Virus record (IMG/VR): IMGVR_UViG_3300009415_000002
Location: 195 to 64,194 of that record
Direction: 5' to 3' (one strand)
Source of the DNA: a virus
Length of the DNA: 64,000 nt
Shown here: positions 47,201 to 54,177 of the stretch, piece by piece
Numbering within the stretch: the stretch's first letter is position 1
How the letters are laid out: each line of letters starts with the position of its first letter
Made by a program: the position numbers and the translations under genes
Notes under the pieces: generated by a model
Seen by the model: only the letters and a program-made list of their open reading frames with translations
Databases searched by the model: none
What the model was told of the DNA's origin: nothing

Positions 47201-49337
47201 GGTTAAACAAAGAGTACCCAGCCATTAGACCTAGATTTCTACCATACTTATTATAGTTAGATTTAAGTCTTTCACTCCCACTCTTTTCTATCTTTTGAAC
47301 AAGAGGATTAATAATTTGTTCTCTATAGTTTTTAGCATCAACAGTAACAGATGCTTTTCCGGTTATTAATAAGTCAAATAATTTATCTTGAGCTTGATAA
47401 TATCTTTGAGTTTGGAAGTTTTCTTTTCCGTAAGCACTAGAAACTTCTTTACCCATTTCTCCAGCTAAAGCAATGTTTTTAGAAGTATCACCTAACTGAA
47501 GCATAAAAGCCTGATCAAGCACCATAAACATATGAGTACTTGTACCAGTGGTAGTTTCTTTTGCGTACCCACCTCTAGTATTACCACCAACTACATCAAA
47601 TCTTTTCTCATGAGCATAGTTCAGAGTGTTCTTTAAGTGCTGCCAAATATCTCCAGCGAATCCTACCTGCATACCTCTAGATTGAGAAAGAATAGGAGTA
47701 GCGGTACTACCTCCTTTTCTACCTACATCATTTCGGCTATAAGTTAATTCCTCGTTAGAGATACTTTCTATTTGTCTATATAGTAAAGACTGAGTTACAT
47801 CTCCAGTTTTAAGAGCTACATCTCTTTGTTCAGTCCAAGTATCTCCTCTACCTTGTCTAGTATTAAGACGAGCAGCATTTAAACTTCTATCATCTTTATA
47901 TTTATTAACAACAAACCGCATAGTTTCAAAGTTGCTACCAGCTTGGTTAACACTATTACCTACAGGTCCTGTTAAGTTTTGAGTACCTATCCCTGCTACA
48001 TTATCTGTTAAGTAAAGTTTGGGGTGGAACTTCTTATCTCTAAACTGTATATTTAATTTAAAGTAATCCTTAATATCAACTCCAGTAATACCCATTTGTT
48101 GTAAAGTACCTTGAAGTTGTTCTTGTATAGCCTGTAGCTTTAAAGCTTCAATTAAGTTAGGACCTAGTATATTGTAATTAGTTGAACCTACACCGTACCT
48201 TCCTTCTTCAGTGGAAGTACCATCTAAGTCTCTTTGACGAGGATAAGCTAAAACAAAATCTACTTCAAATGCTTTGTTATTACCTGATGCTACGTTTTCT
48301 AATACTCTACGTTGAATTTTATCTATTAAAGCAGCACTGATAGCCTCGTTCTGAAACTGGAAGGATTGTATACTAATTTTATTTTCTGCTGTATTCACTA
48401 AATCCACAAAATTAGCAATACCAGCTTTATCTACATAACCACCTTGAGTAGCTGCACTACTTCTATTACCTAAATTATTATTAATGAGTTCAAGAGCGCT
48501 AACTAAATCTTTTGGATCAGTTTTTTGTTGAAGAGCACTAGCATGTATATCTGCAGAGTTAGCTAGTCTATTACGTTCACCTACTGTACCATTAACTAAA
48601 GTATTTCTTATAGTTCTACGAGCACTTGATAAACCACTACCTGTCATAGATAATTGATTTATCATTGACTCTCCATGGAATCTTTGAAATTCAACATCTA
48701 ATCTATCTACAATATTTTGACTATCGTATAAAGATCTATTCACATTATCTTTAAGAACTCTAGCTGCAGCAGTAGCAGCCATGTCATCTGGATTAGTGTT
48801 AGCCAATTGAGTTGATAAAGCAGAAGTACCATCTTCTAAGTTTTCATAGGGTGCAAATACATTATCGTATAATGCTCTTGAACCAAAAAAATCTTCATCA
48901 TCTCCTCCACCAAAACCACCTCCACTTAATATTTCACCAGTAAATCTATTAAAGGCATTACTAGTACCAAATCTAAAAGGAGATGAATTTACTTCAGCAA
49001 ACTTACTAGCGTTCATTACAGTTTCATCTGCAATAGTTGCTCCTAGTCTACTATTAAAAGCTCTATTGTGTCTTGCTTGCTGAACTGTACGATTATCACT
49101 ATCAGAATCTATACCTAATTCATTATTCCAATCTCTTTCAAGTTCTCTAACAGAGTTTTCCATTTGAGGAAGGAACTCATCTCTATCAGCAAATGCACGG
49201 CCATCTATGCCTTCATTTAACACATTAATCATTGTGTGAAATCTGACAGCATTACCTAAAGCAGTACGTTGATACTGATTAGTTCCCAAGGTACTTTTAA
49301 GGGAATCTATTCTATGTTGTGATCCTTCTCTTGACAT
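35211..49337 (-). CDS. Giant multidomain protein: PLD (two HKD) domain + two-barrel RNA polymerase + helical C-terminus; putative virion RNAP / tape-measure or ejection protein
   Basis: HPKLYLTD..GTQN (aa ~438), HVK..GSSN (aa ~769); MALIQLGGTYTDTFLANP (~1670), GRRVEG..IKGV (~1865), GLYNSNNFKS (~1960), GKVKYQG (~2607), FRSP (~3317), GGGDWDGD (~3388); hydrophobic segments near C-terminus. Confidence 0.8.
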   Translation of the reverse strand: MSREGSQHRIDSLKSTLGTNQYQRTALGNAVRFHTMINVLNEGIDGRAFADRDEFLPQMENSVRELERDWNNELGIDSDSDNRTVQQARHNRAFNSRLGATIADETVMNASKFAEVNSSPFRFGTSNAFNRFTGEILSGGGFGGGDDEDFFGSRALYDNVFAPYENLEDGTSALSTQLANTNPDDMAATAAARVLKDNVNRSLYDSQNIVDRLDVEFQRFHGESMINQLSMTGSGLSSARRTIRNTLVNGTVGERNRLANSADIHASALQQKTDPKDLVSALELINNNLGNRSSAATQGGYVDKAGIANFVDLVNTAENKISIQSFQFQNEAISAALIDKIQRRVLENVASGNNKAFEVDFVLAYPRQRDLDGTSTEEGRYGVGSTNYNILGPNLIEALKLQAIQEQLQGTLQQMGITGVDIKDYFKLNIQFRDKKFHPKLYLTDNVAGIGTQNLTGPVGNSVNQAGSNFETMRFVVNKYKDDRSLNAARLNTRQGRGDTWTEQRDVALKTGDVTQSLLYRQIESISNEELTYSRNDVGRKGGSTATPILSQSRGMQVGFAGDIWQHLKNTLNYAHEKRFDVVGGNTRGGYAKETTTGTSTHMFMVLDQAFMLQLGDTSKNIALAGEMGKEVSSAYGKENFQTQRYYQAQDKLFDLLITGKASVTVDAKNYREQIINPLVQKIEKSGSERLKSNYNKYGRNLGLMAGYSLFNPSTSTSDSSYSTQMGKMMTLLRVQGFTKEAGFSESDLKQIIGMASDNITMAKAPRQHVKSFGLMEYNNKGVDPKLVSYYMGSSNMGQYSMGIEGGTSKQGTPMYIPGDGDRTNTEIGLMLGDRNVSTSLSRASAHQARVAQRYDAYYMDNDPEFTPLNNDFSLDQEEERYELNLAMQHLSTTWNQLGNNEITNPNYNAIRTEPLWQRNINTGGLVILKNRLEQMRKTLGVSESAFKIVDRYGDTSGSGLTSINVSLDLTQALGAKGYLASTSRLPKLQFELSVLNGPNRGSNLFNARTDDGDAGAFVYFVDKSQIVGNGIFANNSGSAISVLGRNNYDDDFKSGLEDGRVDLQSGQSAYMSALDIVPQLFATILGEADSRFGVESQQAKYASITSQTDRRNIATSYMSKMLTGYGDTMNTETGAKVSSMQNFISNISVSRTEDGKEAFNLETEKLIGDISVSLFGQKKLGSSEIDTTLGLHKAFFGLAASGSQEGQEGLVGALRRVAASGDYEERQRIMDGSVAKHLETLALLSPSLASDMMNSVRGNAGEALEVNRFKQFQASLFDSFLQGREGRTYGGQQAVYRTVMMGFAGNRNDKDSVQYLFGEQPRDENGQVISSIKNVGMFARITPLAYRPTTDINAVLYRSIASKSTSMNKYDDALDSVFFAQEARQMGTADNLRVLSSVGIGNMVHANAYFSQDGNGEFARDAEGQMLLKDEQMEMFFRRDSQGNITNKDAAEIAIQHYREGLKNTFQGQDTALQFYTGDAKKVSQLPQRIKNALGARPLYQFGVAAQAVSERSLDGEYSTGDSMSQLTDNYLKRNREKLLKGSDGKMGLQARGEALMKELEAKRKILGDDHIEVIRLARQVTNIGTVSRNAFADSHSSLGAVFSGNTKSVMNQQQMNFLMRTRKDIEDTVGDSVTDEMKEELLRVEVLKASLDLNLGKMLAGSDHMRYSMALIQLGGTYTDTFLANPLYGSVYTSKGAYNRRLANEWHIDDPDLVLERPGQLEPGEGVLARGMREGYIETQQQSIKGSMIGEGGYEVLQKRGDIIVQDPNTNSTVLKRKIDGDWKIVGVADHKGNMSTIKNVVDNTSFSPVGSPTLGTSEMATYRRSGEQSIDYLMDAYHRGGNFDNNEYVGMFHRLRSVMPGSGRRVEGTDSGALIKGVANFAGRNKFMTHIDGERREVEMNTFQHLEQQMYANEVGGSLKAYLDMRKDGVLGATVNEASDYTKLQDGTYGYTPLSSTVHGLYNSNNFKSFFWSHGATIMRSLRTGEDGTKSHFMLDELFGAKGEADIAAAKKVAGALLIQFGGSFITTSASGEALNMKGYFEDRKKGKDISGYNSEPAEARKLQQALIEGLAKGEYGKHYQKLTAALAVQIGMDGSIDKAMAKDKYGRSRSEISSDLLFESLTSKSAFSDISVGGLRGITSTMLSNVLAGDGSQSNELLHAVRSLVDPTAKNAAAYGSINFDSQMDRQATIITTAVDFMHQLSASGSSMRVPGDIDISNPDYRAVMLNVLGAPTDIDDENREMLMQMIEGLSTQITAVSIFSDITFSYSKDPTGTQSVARHEGQHLITPYLGDIKQYKETGQLGKIKHTVASLAAMTSNMKSGLTMYGTQNANQFGSRKARNLVEAESNYLFSSFEKRKFLGFYQGGTTGVYTQDFVDMYTNINKDITEGAYEWKANSITDDGRTKVENFVKAKYGYLTSTDRERHVQRIIEKGGREFAMQQLDDVERGLMAMNDSHQQNASKVIGKTNTKEYLANMSNESMYITLPGISFDQQYGQVVAHIDKSKGMSTIIPSAQIMRNLGAQHADFVDPVVQNYKALTAIFTPGNIANVAFEKVRAGAQTGISIVLTTDETKALQSVMEAAATMEVEIEKAVAGARMQEANAGKVKYQGFTSTGIGSNLMPFGSAAMAVSKQQELGLEVYEERTALLKETTQNMRSMRSSRKYAGSAVERVYIEMGSGLYNSFSSLSKAVETNSNSKHLKEVKDTIYQLHDLRKLGYVAGASGMSKDVQRDNVFTTVTTLQRAYDQLESLVSLPEMAANKEDIRNMQKYLVDSSAELRQYADAELDISKNTPDFWARNDVKSNLTLSALVERGAITEDQESQLLNKVKGKTRRVQSVVHDGERTSTIREVEAQIHKLNYRVEAFDVFEYQEEQTRREFFYEEDDTTKATRKPGETAKIKSIITDDIVEDTTKAYIATVGREREINRTVIKTNTISEATEYSDTYKVVTREVAMEVDGSQMAQTVYDNRRTRDKTEFLNGEVIRDDDLTDVRKIRQFYRRQASALREGIDAAHRDEFKQIKRQSLNITERVVAYESAKGLSQDDRRKGYDTLKSSILKLRNEAAERINYFDKEGIKNRLDPANAFIYHATVMNYDAMLARIELSSINPARQHLSSEQVGYLNRKVARFKEVGMIMNDGTIFEGLGKTSTQLAEHTLFTGKTKAAGTSDYEDPTKSVVNAIKEIGEAFNKSGSSGSRDAVQKKFAEKQINETIQMYKNRMEDMKKFSMTRESQSKLKNKDGTTQVKTDSEQESRITAAHSEYETRTKTIIQRLESLKLDLNEKHMNIGDYEDLFSYVRMEMEDLDRSNLELAEVFRSPTPGGTDPRLHTYRLMEGVHALNRVAQLSGEIQVGQTGIETTKMTSDISRGQTGSWMASLGIVTFGGGDWDGDPYTTVMNRASDYQKYMSEARLEVDKQTALSNSYSKQIAEGASNEDEGKTLQQEYAKSRRKKVQAEAKFKYAQQKLQEQSAAGSRLLTERMRKQVAGYLGMDERFFVEQGEQLRDAITGEERFDDQDKAITGFGGRTMGADELNALMGQGTDIIEGLYGQAGKMMAVNTAMDALLGYQGTDPAEGIEFLHKLKLDPNTNTAKGETAQPNVALVREQISKRLEILEAEVSSGSEKQGQVDFLRALQAEGEDSVTLKAYAGTLSNFANDQDNMLRYVDMLKNVASDDEKRKAGQRAFLGQWIGGEIFNKTQEADTLSKFTSQAVGMDMTEPVFDIVLKTLGKAGGEILGKTYNTIIGSTFQDAPTISSGRAMMDTDSELHQAVRKHYFQDEDSFDISRLSEDRRNEVVDYANKTGVTQAQAAKEIYAEQFNQYQETTRQAVSNAEGTQSFMKNIHQLLRDSIKLKTDGDMMSSLQENSKVYNEKSSQIAAFESGDIADLSKKDRAEYEDLKRQRDSVIDGMASQLGPGPGLKSLMDMDYLINQSTNKGMNLMDYESRFLGGKEVGNSYEFRQINAKLAARDPNYKSIGSRDDISADSHSLMAVARYQTARNVASMVTSYHMDNSNKQSSEIMTSFAASQKLKLASQNKQIHKVSKVALVNRFENGQPMSEDHEMLEYLNKKYLSNLNIEGDKFDIHLDQKSALAQHLKLDLDSAYDDKGVLTSEYQKELTDVARKQGVSVETYLLQFDSVYETTRQQIDPLFGKDGERMENFTLTELMRKNVANAQETGNMPGEEGSHNIRDMAGSELMTTMAQLASQQKLGAQGMGIFSAMYRGVLSELVNANKEVLSVDGKDFTTADKVEQDYILKKVVYKNLVGTEDKGQLWSRATSDETKDWKGFNARMIDEADERFVYQEADESLTVVKDSSEYKGSGKLIRVENDILDAFVEMNERSLTGQQAASAEMMGREALYEYAFNNDEEVDKILRDFLPGDEQITMEGKKMVKDNIQYQAARRNQQVIRQQKMAREMYMDMSDVTKKGSVLNKVGDAGLRAMSKNKVSTGLDVLVPILLTGVGGMISEGNVDDNQLQALGGATVTAFQYARAGSIDDPNPNAYKRKVSGAKALTGVFKFKNALARHGDDNIGMAVAEMAVQEVVSTSFNAVATPWINQKIERNVLGMKAHPSLSAMGMEKYAAGKQLAGNIGASIISAVSSTLISGVFMKTAARMQNGGVKNILDSFAPVANLSASVAERISRQRNQQAAYEEIAAETDGTNSEISDYWVMTDSTYNPDNFAHLADLQEAQDVEPSMDGTIYTDVLA

Positions 49338-49442
49338 ATTAGTATGTACTTAGTGTAATATGTATATATAGTCTACTATTATTCTAATATACAAAACTAA
49401 TAGACTATAAGCAAAAAAACTTTTAAATTAGAGATTAAGCAT

Positions 49443-49799
49443 ATGTTTGAAGTAAAATTACCTAGCGGCATCAAAGTTTCAGTAAAAGCACCTTCGTTCA
49501 ATGATCGTATGGAAGCAGTTAAAGAATTCCGTTCAGTCAAAGATGAAGCTGGTTATTCAGTAGAAGAACTAATGGCTGCTAAAGCTATTGGTTCAGTTAA
49601 CGGTAACGTAGTAGATACTGGCATGATGTTAGACCCAATCTTCTTAATGGCAGACTGGCCTAACCAAGACGTTCAATATTACATTGAATTCTTTATGACT
49701 GCTTTCTTCCTTGATGATAAGATTCGTGAACGTGCAGCTACTGAAGCAAAAAAGCTGATGACTGGCCAGCCTTCCACAGAAACACCCTCCAAGAAGTAA
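49443..49799 (+). CDS. Tail assembly chaperone-like protein (gpG-like, non-frameshifted product)
   Basis: 118 aa; A AAA AAG slippery heptamer at 49748-49754. Confidence 0.65.
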   Translation: MFEVKLPSGIKVSVKAPSFNDRMEAVKEFRSVKDEAGYSVEELMAAKAIGSVNGNVVDTGMMLDPIFLMADWPNQDVQYYIEFFMTAFFLDDKIRERAATEAKKLMTGQPSTETPSKK

Positions 49800-50272
49800 G
49801 TCATTTTAATGATGACTTTAATCATTGCCGTGCCTTAAGCTATTTAATACACGGCGATACACAATTTATCGCACATAATGTCTCCATCTTACCTGTCTAT
49901 AATAAAATATACTCAGATAAGATAGCGCATTTTGTGCCACTTGGGTTCAAAGGATACAATTGTTCTATAGACCCTGACTTACCAATCTACTACCAAAACT
50001 GGGTAGAGCATCTTGCTAAATCATTCGTAAAAGAATTTAGACTAATAGACTTTATTCGTATTAACGGTGGTAGTTTAAGTATGAGTGTTGATGAATGGAT
50101 GAATCTAGATTTGTTTATGAGAGAAGCTGTAATTATGGCTAGCAATACTGTAGCTAAAGAACAGCAGAAACATGAATCACAATTAAAGTCTGACCTAGAA
50201 TCAAAACTCGAAGCTCAGAAAGAATATAAGAGTCCATTTGAAGGAGCACCAAAGCCATCATTTATACCTTAA
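49754..50272 (+). CDS. -1 frame extension of chaperone (gpGT-like); includes track ORF 49934..50272
   Basis: The -1 frame is stop-free from 49745 to 50269; MSVDEWMNLDLFMRE resembles chaperone C-terminal motifs. Confidence 0.6.
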   Translation, partial: ADDWPAFHRNTLQEVSHFNDDFNHCRALSYLIHGDTQFIAHNVSILPVYNKIYSDKIAHFVPLGFKGYNCSIDPDLPIYYQNWVEHLAKSFVKEFRLIDFIRINGGSLSMSVDEWMNLDLFMREAVIMASNTVAKEQQKHESQLKSDLESKLEAQKEYKSPFEGAPKPSFIP

Positions 50273-50278
50273 AGAAAT

Positions 50279-51868
50279 ATGACTGATACAAACTTTCTTG
50301 ATGAAGGTAAGACTTCAGTAAAGACAAACCCTAAAGAAAAACTAAAGTTAGAAGATAAGCCTCTGTCTGCGTCAGCAATAAGACAGAGGCCTGCTAACTA
50401 TGGGCAAACAGGTTTAGCTACATCTTATATAAGTACAGGTGATAACTTTACACCTATACGAAAGCCTCATCATTATCAATTGGCTGCATGGGATAACGCA
50501 AGATTAAAAGAACCTATTATTAATAATGGATTAGAAAAGCTAGTACTTTATATATGTAGTAAAGTAGGAGAATATCATCATCCTAATTCTATGATAGAAG
50601 ACTTTGTTAATGCCAATATAAAAGGCAAAGTTAAGAAGTGGATACAAGAAATTGCTACTACTGCTTACTGGTCAGGTTTTGGGGTATCAGAAGTTCTTTG
50701 GGAAAAGAAGATGGGCCCTGATAAGATTAGACAAGTTTGGATTGATGATGTAGTTAACTACCATCCAACACAAATCCAATTTAGATTAAATGATTATAGT
50801 AGGCTTACTCATGGAGAAAAGACTAGCTATGGTCAGTTGTACAGTGGTATTTGGGTTCCTGCTCCTAATGCTATTAAAACAAAACGTAAAAAGTTAAGCA
50901 GGAGCTACACTGGTGGAATGGTTAGACTAGAAAAGTCTAAAGTTTTTCATGTTGCTTTTGGTGGAAGTTCTAATAATCCTTGGGGTATTTCAAAACTACA
51001 CCCTGTATTAGACTATCACTTATTCAAAGAAGCTTTCCGTGACATGATGGCAGTTGCACTAGATAGATACGGCACACCTCTTTTATACGCTATTGTTCCT
51101 CCTCAAATTACTAATGAAGTAGTAGAGGAGGCCGATGGCACTTCTAGACCAAAACAATATAGAGAATCTGTTACAGAAGCTCTTGAAAATGTCAGAGGCA
51201 ATCAAGGTATTGTACTAGAACAATTGAGTAAAGAATATCCAGTAACTATAGGTTCACTAACTACAGGAAACAACTTTGCTGATGCGTTTGCACAAGCTAT
51301 AGATCTTTGTGATTCAAACATGATGGTAGGAATGGGAATTCCTAATTTAATCATGCGTGATGAATCAAGTGGACTTGGAAACGGACAGAGTTCTGAAAAC
51401 CAAGTAGAAATGTTCAATATGTTAATTGGGCATTATTTTGAGTTAGTAACATCTGCTTTTGTTAATCAGGTTGTACGTCAACTTATAGCTTATAACTTTA
51501 ATCCTGACACGGTTAAAGATATTAGTGATCCAGGTTATATATCTGAGATTCCTTTAAGACCTACAGAGATTGAAACGTTAATGAAGGCCTTTAGTGAATT
51601 AACTACACTAGGTTATATGAATCCAGGTAATCAAGAAGATTACAATCATGTACGTACTATGGTTCAATTACCTCAACGTGATGTTGATAAGTTTGCTAAA
51701 GATATGATCAAAGTACATACTGAACAAACTGACCAAGAAGTAGCTAAAGAAAGTATTACAGTTAAAAGAGAAGACATAGCAGCTAAAGAGCGTATGAATA
51801 AACAAAAGACAAGTGCAGCTAAAGCTACTGCTAAAAGTAGACCAGCACCTACAACTACTAATAAATAA
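50279..51868 (+). CDS. Portal protein (Mu gp29/DUF935-like)
   Basis: AYWSGFGVSEVLWE, NPWGISKL, LDRYGTPLL, AIDLCDSNM, VRQLIAYNF. Confidence 0.8.
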   Translation: MTDTNFLDEGKTSVKTNPKEKLKLEDKPLSASAIRQRPANYGQTGLATSYISTGDNFTPIRKPHHYQLAAWDNARLKEPIINNGLEKLVLYICSKVGEYHHPNSMIEDFVNANIKGKVKKWIQEIATTAYWSGFGVSEVLWEKKMGPDKIRQVWIDDVVNYHPTQIQFRLNDYSRLTHGEKTSYGQLYSGIWVPAPNAIKTKRKKLSRSYTGGMVRLEKSKVFHVAFGGSSNNPWGISKLHPVLDYHLFKEAFRDMMAVALDRYGTPLLYAIVPPQITNEVVEEADGTSRPKQYRESVTEALENVRGNQGIVLEQLSKEYPVTIGSLTTGNNFADAFAQAIDLCDSNMMVGMGIPNLIMRDESSGLGNGQSSENQVEMFNMLIGHYFELVTSAFVNQVVRQLIAYNFNPDTVKDISDPGYISEIPLRPTEIETLMKAFSELTTLGYMNPGNQEDYNHVRTMVQLPQRDVDKFAKDMIKVHTEQTDQEVAKESITVKREDIAAKERMNKQKTSAAKATAKSRPAPTTTNK

Positions 51869-51870
51869 TC

Positions 51871-52746
51871 ATGGTTCAGCATAATAATATACCAGCAGGT
51901 GAAATTCATAGTCTTGTAAACTGGGTATTTGCTACACAAGCAGATAGAGATAATGAGCCAGTTACTTCCGATGACGTATTTAAATTAGCTTATCAGCAAA
52001 GTAATGGCCAATTCTATTACCTACTAAACACAACTCCTACTTGGGCCCAACAGTTAACAGAGGGATCTACGGCAGCACCTACAGGACTTGCCGGTGGAGA
52101 CTTAACAGGGACTTACCCTAATCCTTCTGTTAGTAATGACAGTCATAACCACACACCAGGCTTATCAATACCAGCTTATCCTACTACATTACCTCCATCA
52201 GGTCCTGTTACTGGAACTGATATAACAGGTACTTACCCTAGTCCTCAGTTATCTACAACAGGAGTTACTCCTGGACAATACAATAGAGCTACAGTAACAG
52301 TAGATAATAAAGGCCGTATAACTAATATTACATCTAATACAAATCCAACTACAGGAGGTACAGTATTTCCTGGGTTTAATGATGTAAATTTAACAGGAGA
52401 ACCTACGGCACCAACAACTGTATATCAAGACTCCTCAACAAAGATTGCTACTACAGCCTACGTTACTAAAGGACAAGTAAGACAAGAAGAGCTTCCCAAT
52501 GGAGAAGCTTTAACTATATTACCTGGTAGACAAAAAGTAGTACATAAAAGATATAAAGTTAGTGGTATCCTAACAGTAGGAGGTAGTCTTATTATAGATG
52601 ACTTACCTTATACAGAGATAGAACCTAACTTTAGACCTGCTAATGCTGATGTATTAGTTATACCTCCTGACTATTTTAAGATAGTATTAAGTGGTTATAG
52701 AATAGGATCCCCTATTCATATTTACGGAACATTAAAAATTATATAA
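51871..52746 (+). CDS. Fibre-like structural protein
   Basis: GGDLTGTYPNP / GTDITGTYPSP repeats, VTVDNKGRIT motif. Confidence 0.65.
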   Translation: MVQHNNIPAGEIHSLVNWVFATQADRDNEPVTSDDVFKLAYQQSNGQFYYLLNTTPTWAQQLTEGSTAAPTGLAGGDLTGTYPNPSVSNDSHNHTPGLSIPAYPTTLPPSGPVTGTDITGTYPSPQLSTTGVTPGQYNRATVTVDNKGRITNITSNTNPTTGGTVFPGFNDVNLTGEPTAPTTVYQDSSTKIATTAYVTKGQVRQEELPNGEALTILPGRQKVVHKRYKVSGILTVGGSLIIDDLPYTEIEPNFRPANADVLVIPPDYFKIVLSGYRIGSPIHIYGTLKII

Positions 52747-52755
52747 TAAAATATC

Positions 52756-54177
52756 ATGCCTGAAATAAGAATGCCTGTTGGAGGAACAACTCCACCTACC
52801 CCATCAATTAATGAAGTATCTCTATATGTCAAAGGTGACAAGAGATTTTACATGCAAGACGACTCTGGAGCAGAAGTTAAGCTACTAACAGATGAAGCTA
52901 CTCTTGCTGGACTTAATGCTCAATTACCTCTTACTAGTAGTGGAGGATCAACACCTACTTTAGCAGTTAACACAGTTAGCACTACTAGTAATGGTGTAAT
53001 GACTTTCCAAGACAAAGTAAAGTTAAATAATGCTACTGCACTTAATACAGTTAATACAATTGTATCAAGAGATGCTTTAGGAAACTTTACTGCTAATGAA
53101 ATTACTGCCAATTTAAAAGGGCAAGCTACAACTGTGGCTACTGCACCTGCTTTAATAGGAGAAGTTACTAGTAACGGAACTACTAATGCTACTGTTATCT
53201 CTAATGGTGTTATTAATAATGATAAGATTTCAGCTACGGCTAATATAGCATTAACTAAATTAGCAGTGGATCCAAGAGATAGAAGTACTCATACAGGTCT
53301 ACAGCTTGCTTCAACTATTAGTGACTTTGGTACATCAGTTAATGATCATCTATCTAATAACTCACCAGTTGTAGATGCAATGATTTCATCTGGAGCTAAT
53401 ATTTCATTAAGTAAGTTAGCTTCTGATCCTCTTGATAGATCTAACCATACAGGTACACAAACCTCAGCAAGTATATCTGATTTTACTACACAAGTAGATA
53501 TTGACGTAGCTAACTATATTGCTAGCAATCCTTTTACAAATAATGAAATTGATGCTTCTGCTAATATTGAATTAAGTAAGTTAGAGACAAATCCTCTAGA
53601 CAGAAGTAATCATACAGGTACTCAACTAGCTTCTACAATTTCTGACTTTAATGCTTCAGTACCACTAGCTTTAACTGAAGGTAATGGTGTTGATATTACA
53701 TTAGGAACTATTAGTGTAATTGGTACTAGTAATAAGATTGACGTAACTGGAGGTACTATTGATATTTCTTCTGGGTATGTTGGACAAACTTCTATTACTA
53801 CACTTGGTAACATTACAACAGGTACTTGGGGCTCTACTACAATTGGTATTGGAGTAGGAGGTACAGGTGCTACTAGTCCTGGTAGTGCTTCTAATAATCT
53901 TATTGCACTAAGAACTATTACTTCCTCAGATACTTTAGATGATGACGATACTTATGTAATTGCAGATGCAAGTACTTCTGTTATTACAATCGCTCTTCCT
54001 TCAGCATCTGAAATATATAAGTTTGTAATCAAGAAAATTGATGCTAGTAATAATGTAGTTATTAATGCAGATGCTGGAGACCTTATTGAAGGTAATGCCA
54101 GCACTACTTTAACAACTCAATACCAAGACATTACTTTAGTAAGTGATGGTGTTACTAGCTGGTATACTACGAGCTAA
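52756..54177 (+). CDS. Fibre-like structural protein with internal repeats
   Basis: Three DRS(T/N)HTGxQxx(S/T)ISDF repeats; Gly/Thr-rich C-terminus. Confidence 0.7.
   Translation: MPEIRMPVGGTTPPTPSINEVSLYVKGDKRFYMQDDSGAEVKLLTDEATLAGLNAQLPLTSSGGSTPTLAVNTVSTTSNGVMTFQDKVKLNNATALNTVNTIVSRDALGNFTANEITANLKGQATTVATAPALIGEVTSNGTTNATVISNGVINNDKISATANIALTKLAVDPRDRSTHTGLQLASTISDFGTSVNDHLSNNSPVVDAMISSGANISLSKLASDPLDRSNHTGTQTSASISDFTTQVDIDVANYIASNPFTNNEIDASANIELSKLETNPLDRSNHTGTQLASTISDFNASVPLALTEGNGVDITLGTISVIGTSNKIDVTGGTIDISSGYVGQTSITTLGNITTGTWGSTTIGIGVGGTGATSPGSASNNLIALRTITSSDTLDDDDTYVIADASTSVITIALPSASEIYKFVIKKIDASNNVVINADAGDLIEGNASTTLTTQYQDITLVSDGVTSWYTTS

Noticed and set aside
49367-49409. TATAGTCTA/TAGACTATA inverted repeat as part of a recurring operator (similar words near 6665, 6973, 7260)
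   Set aside because: AT-rich 8-9-mers; other copies fall in a terminator stem or coding sequence, so enrichment is unconvincing
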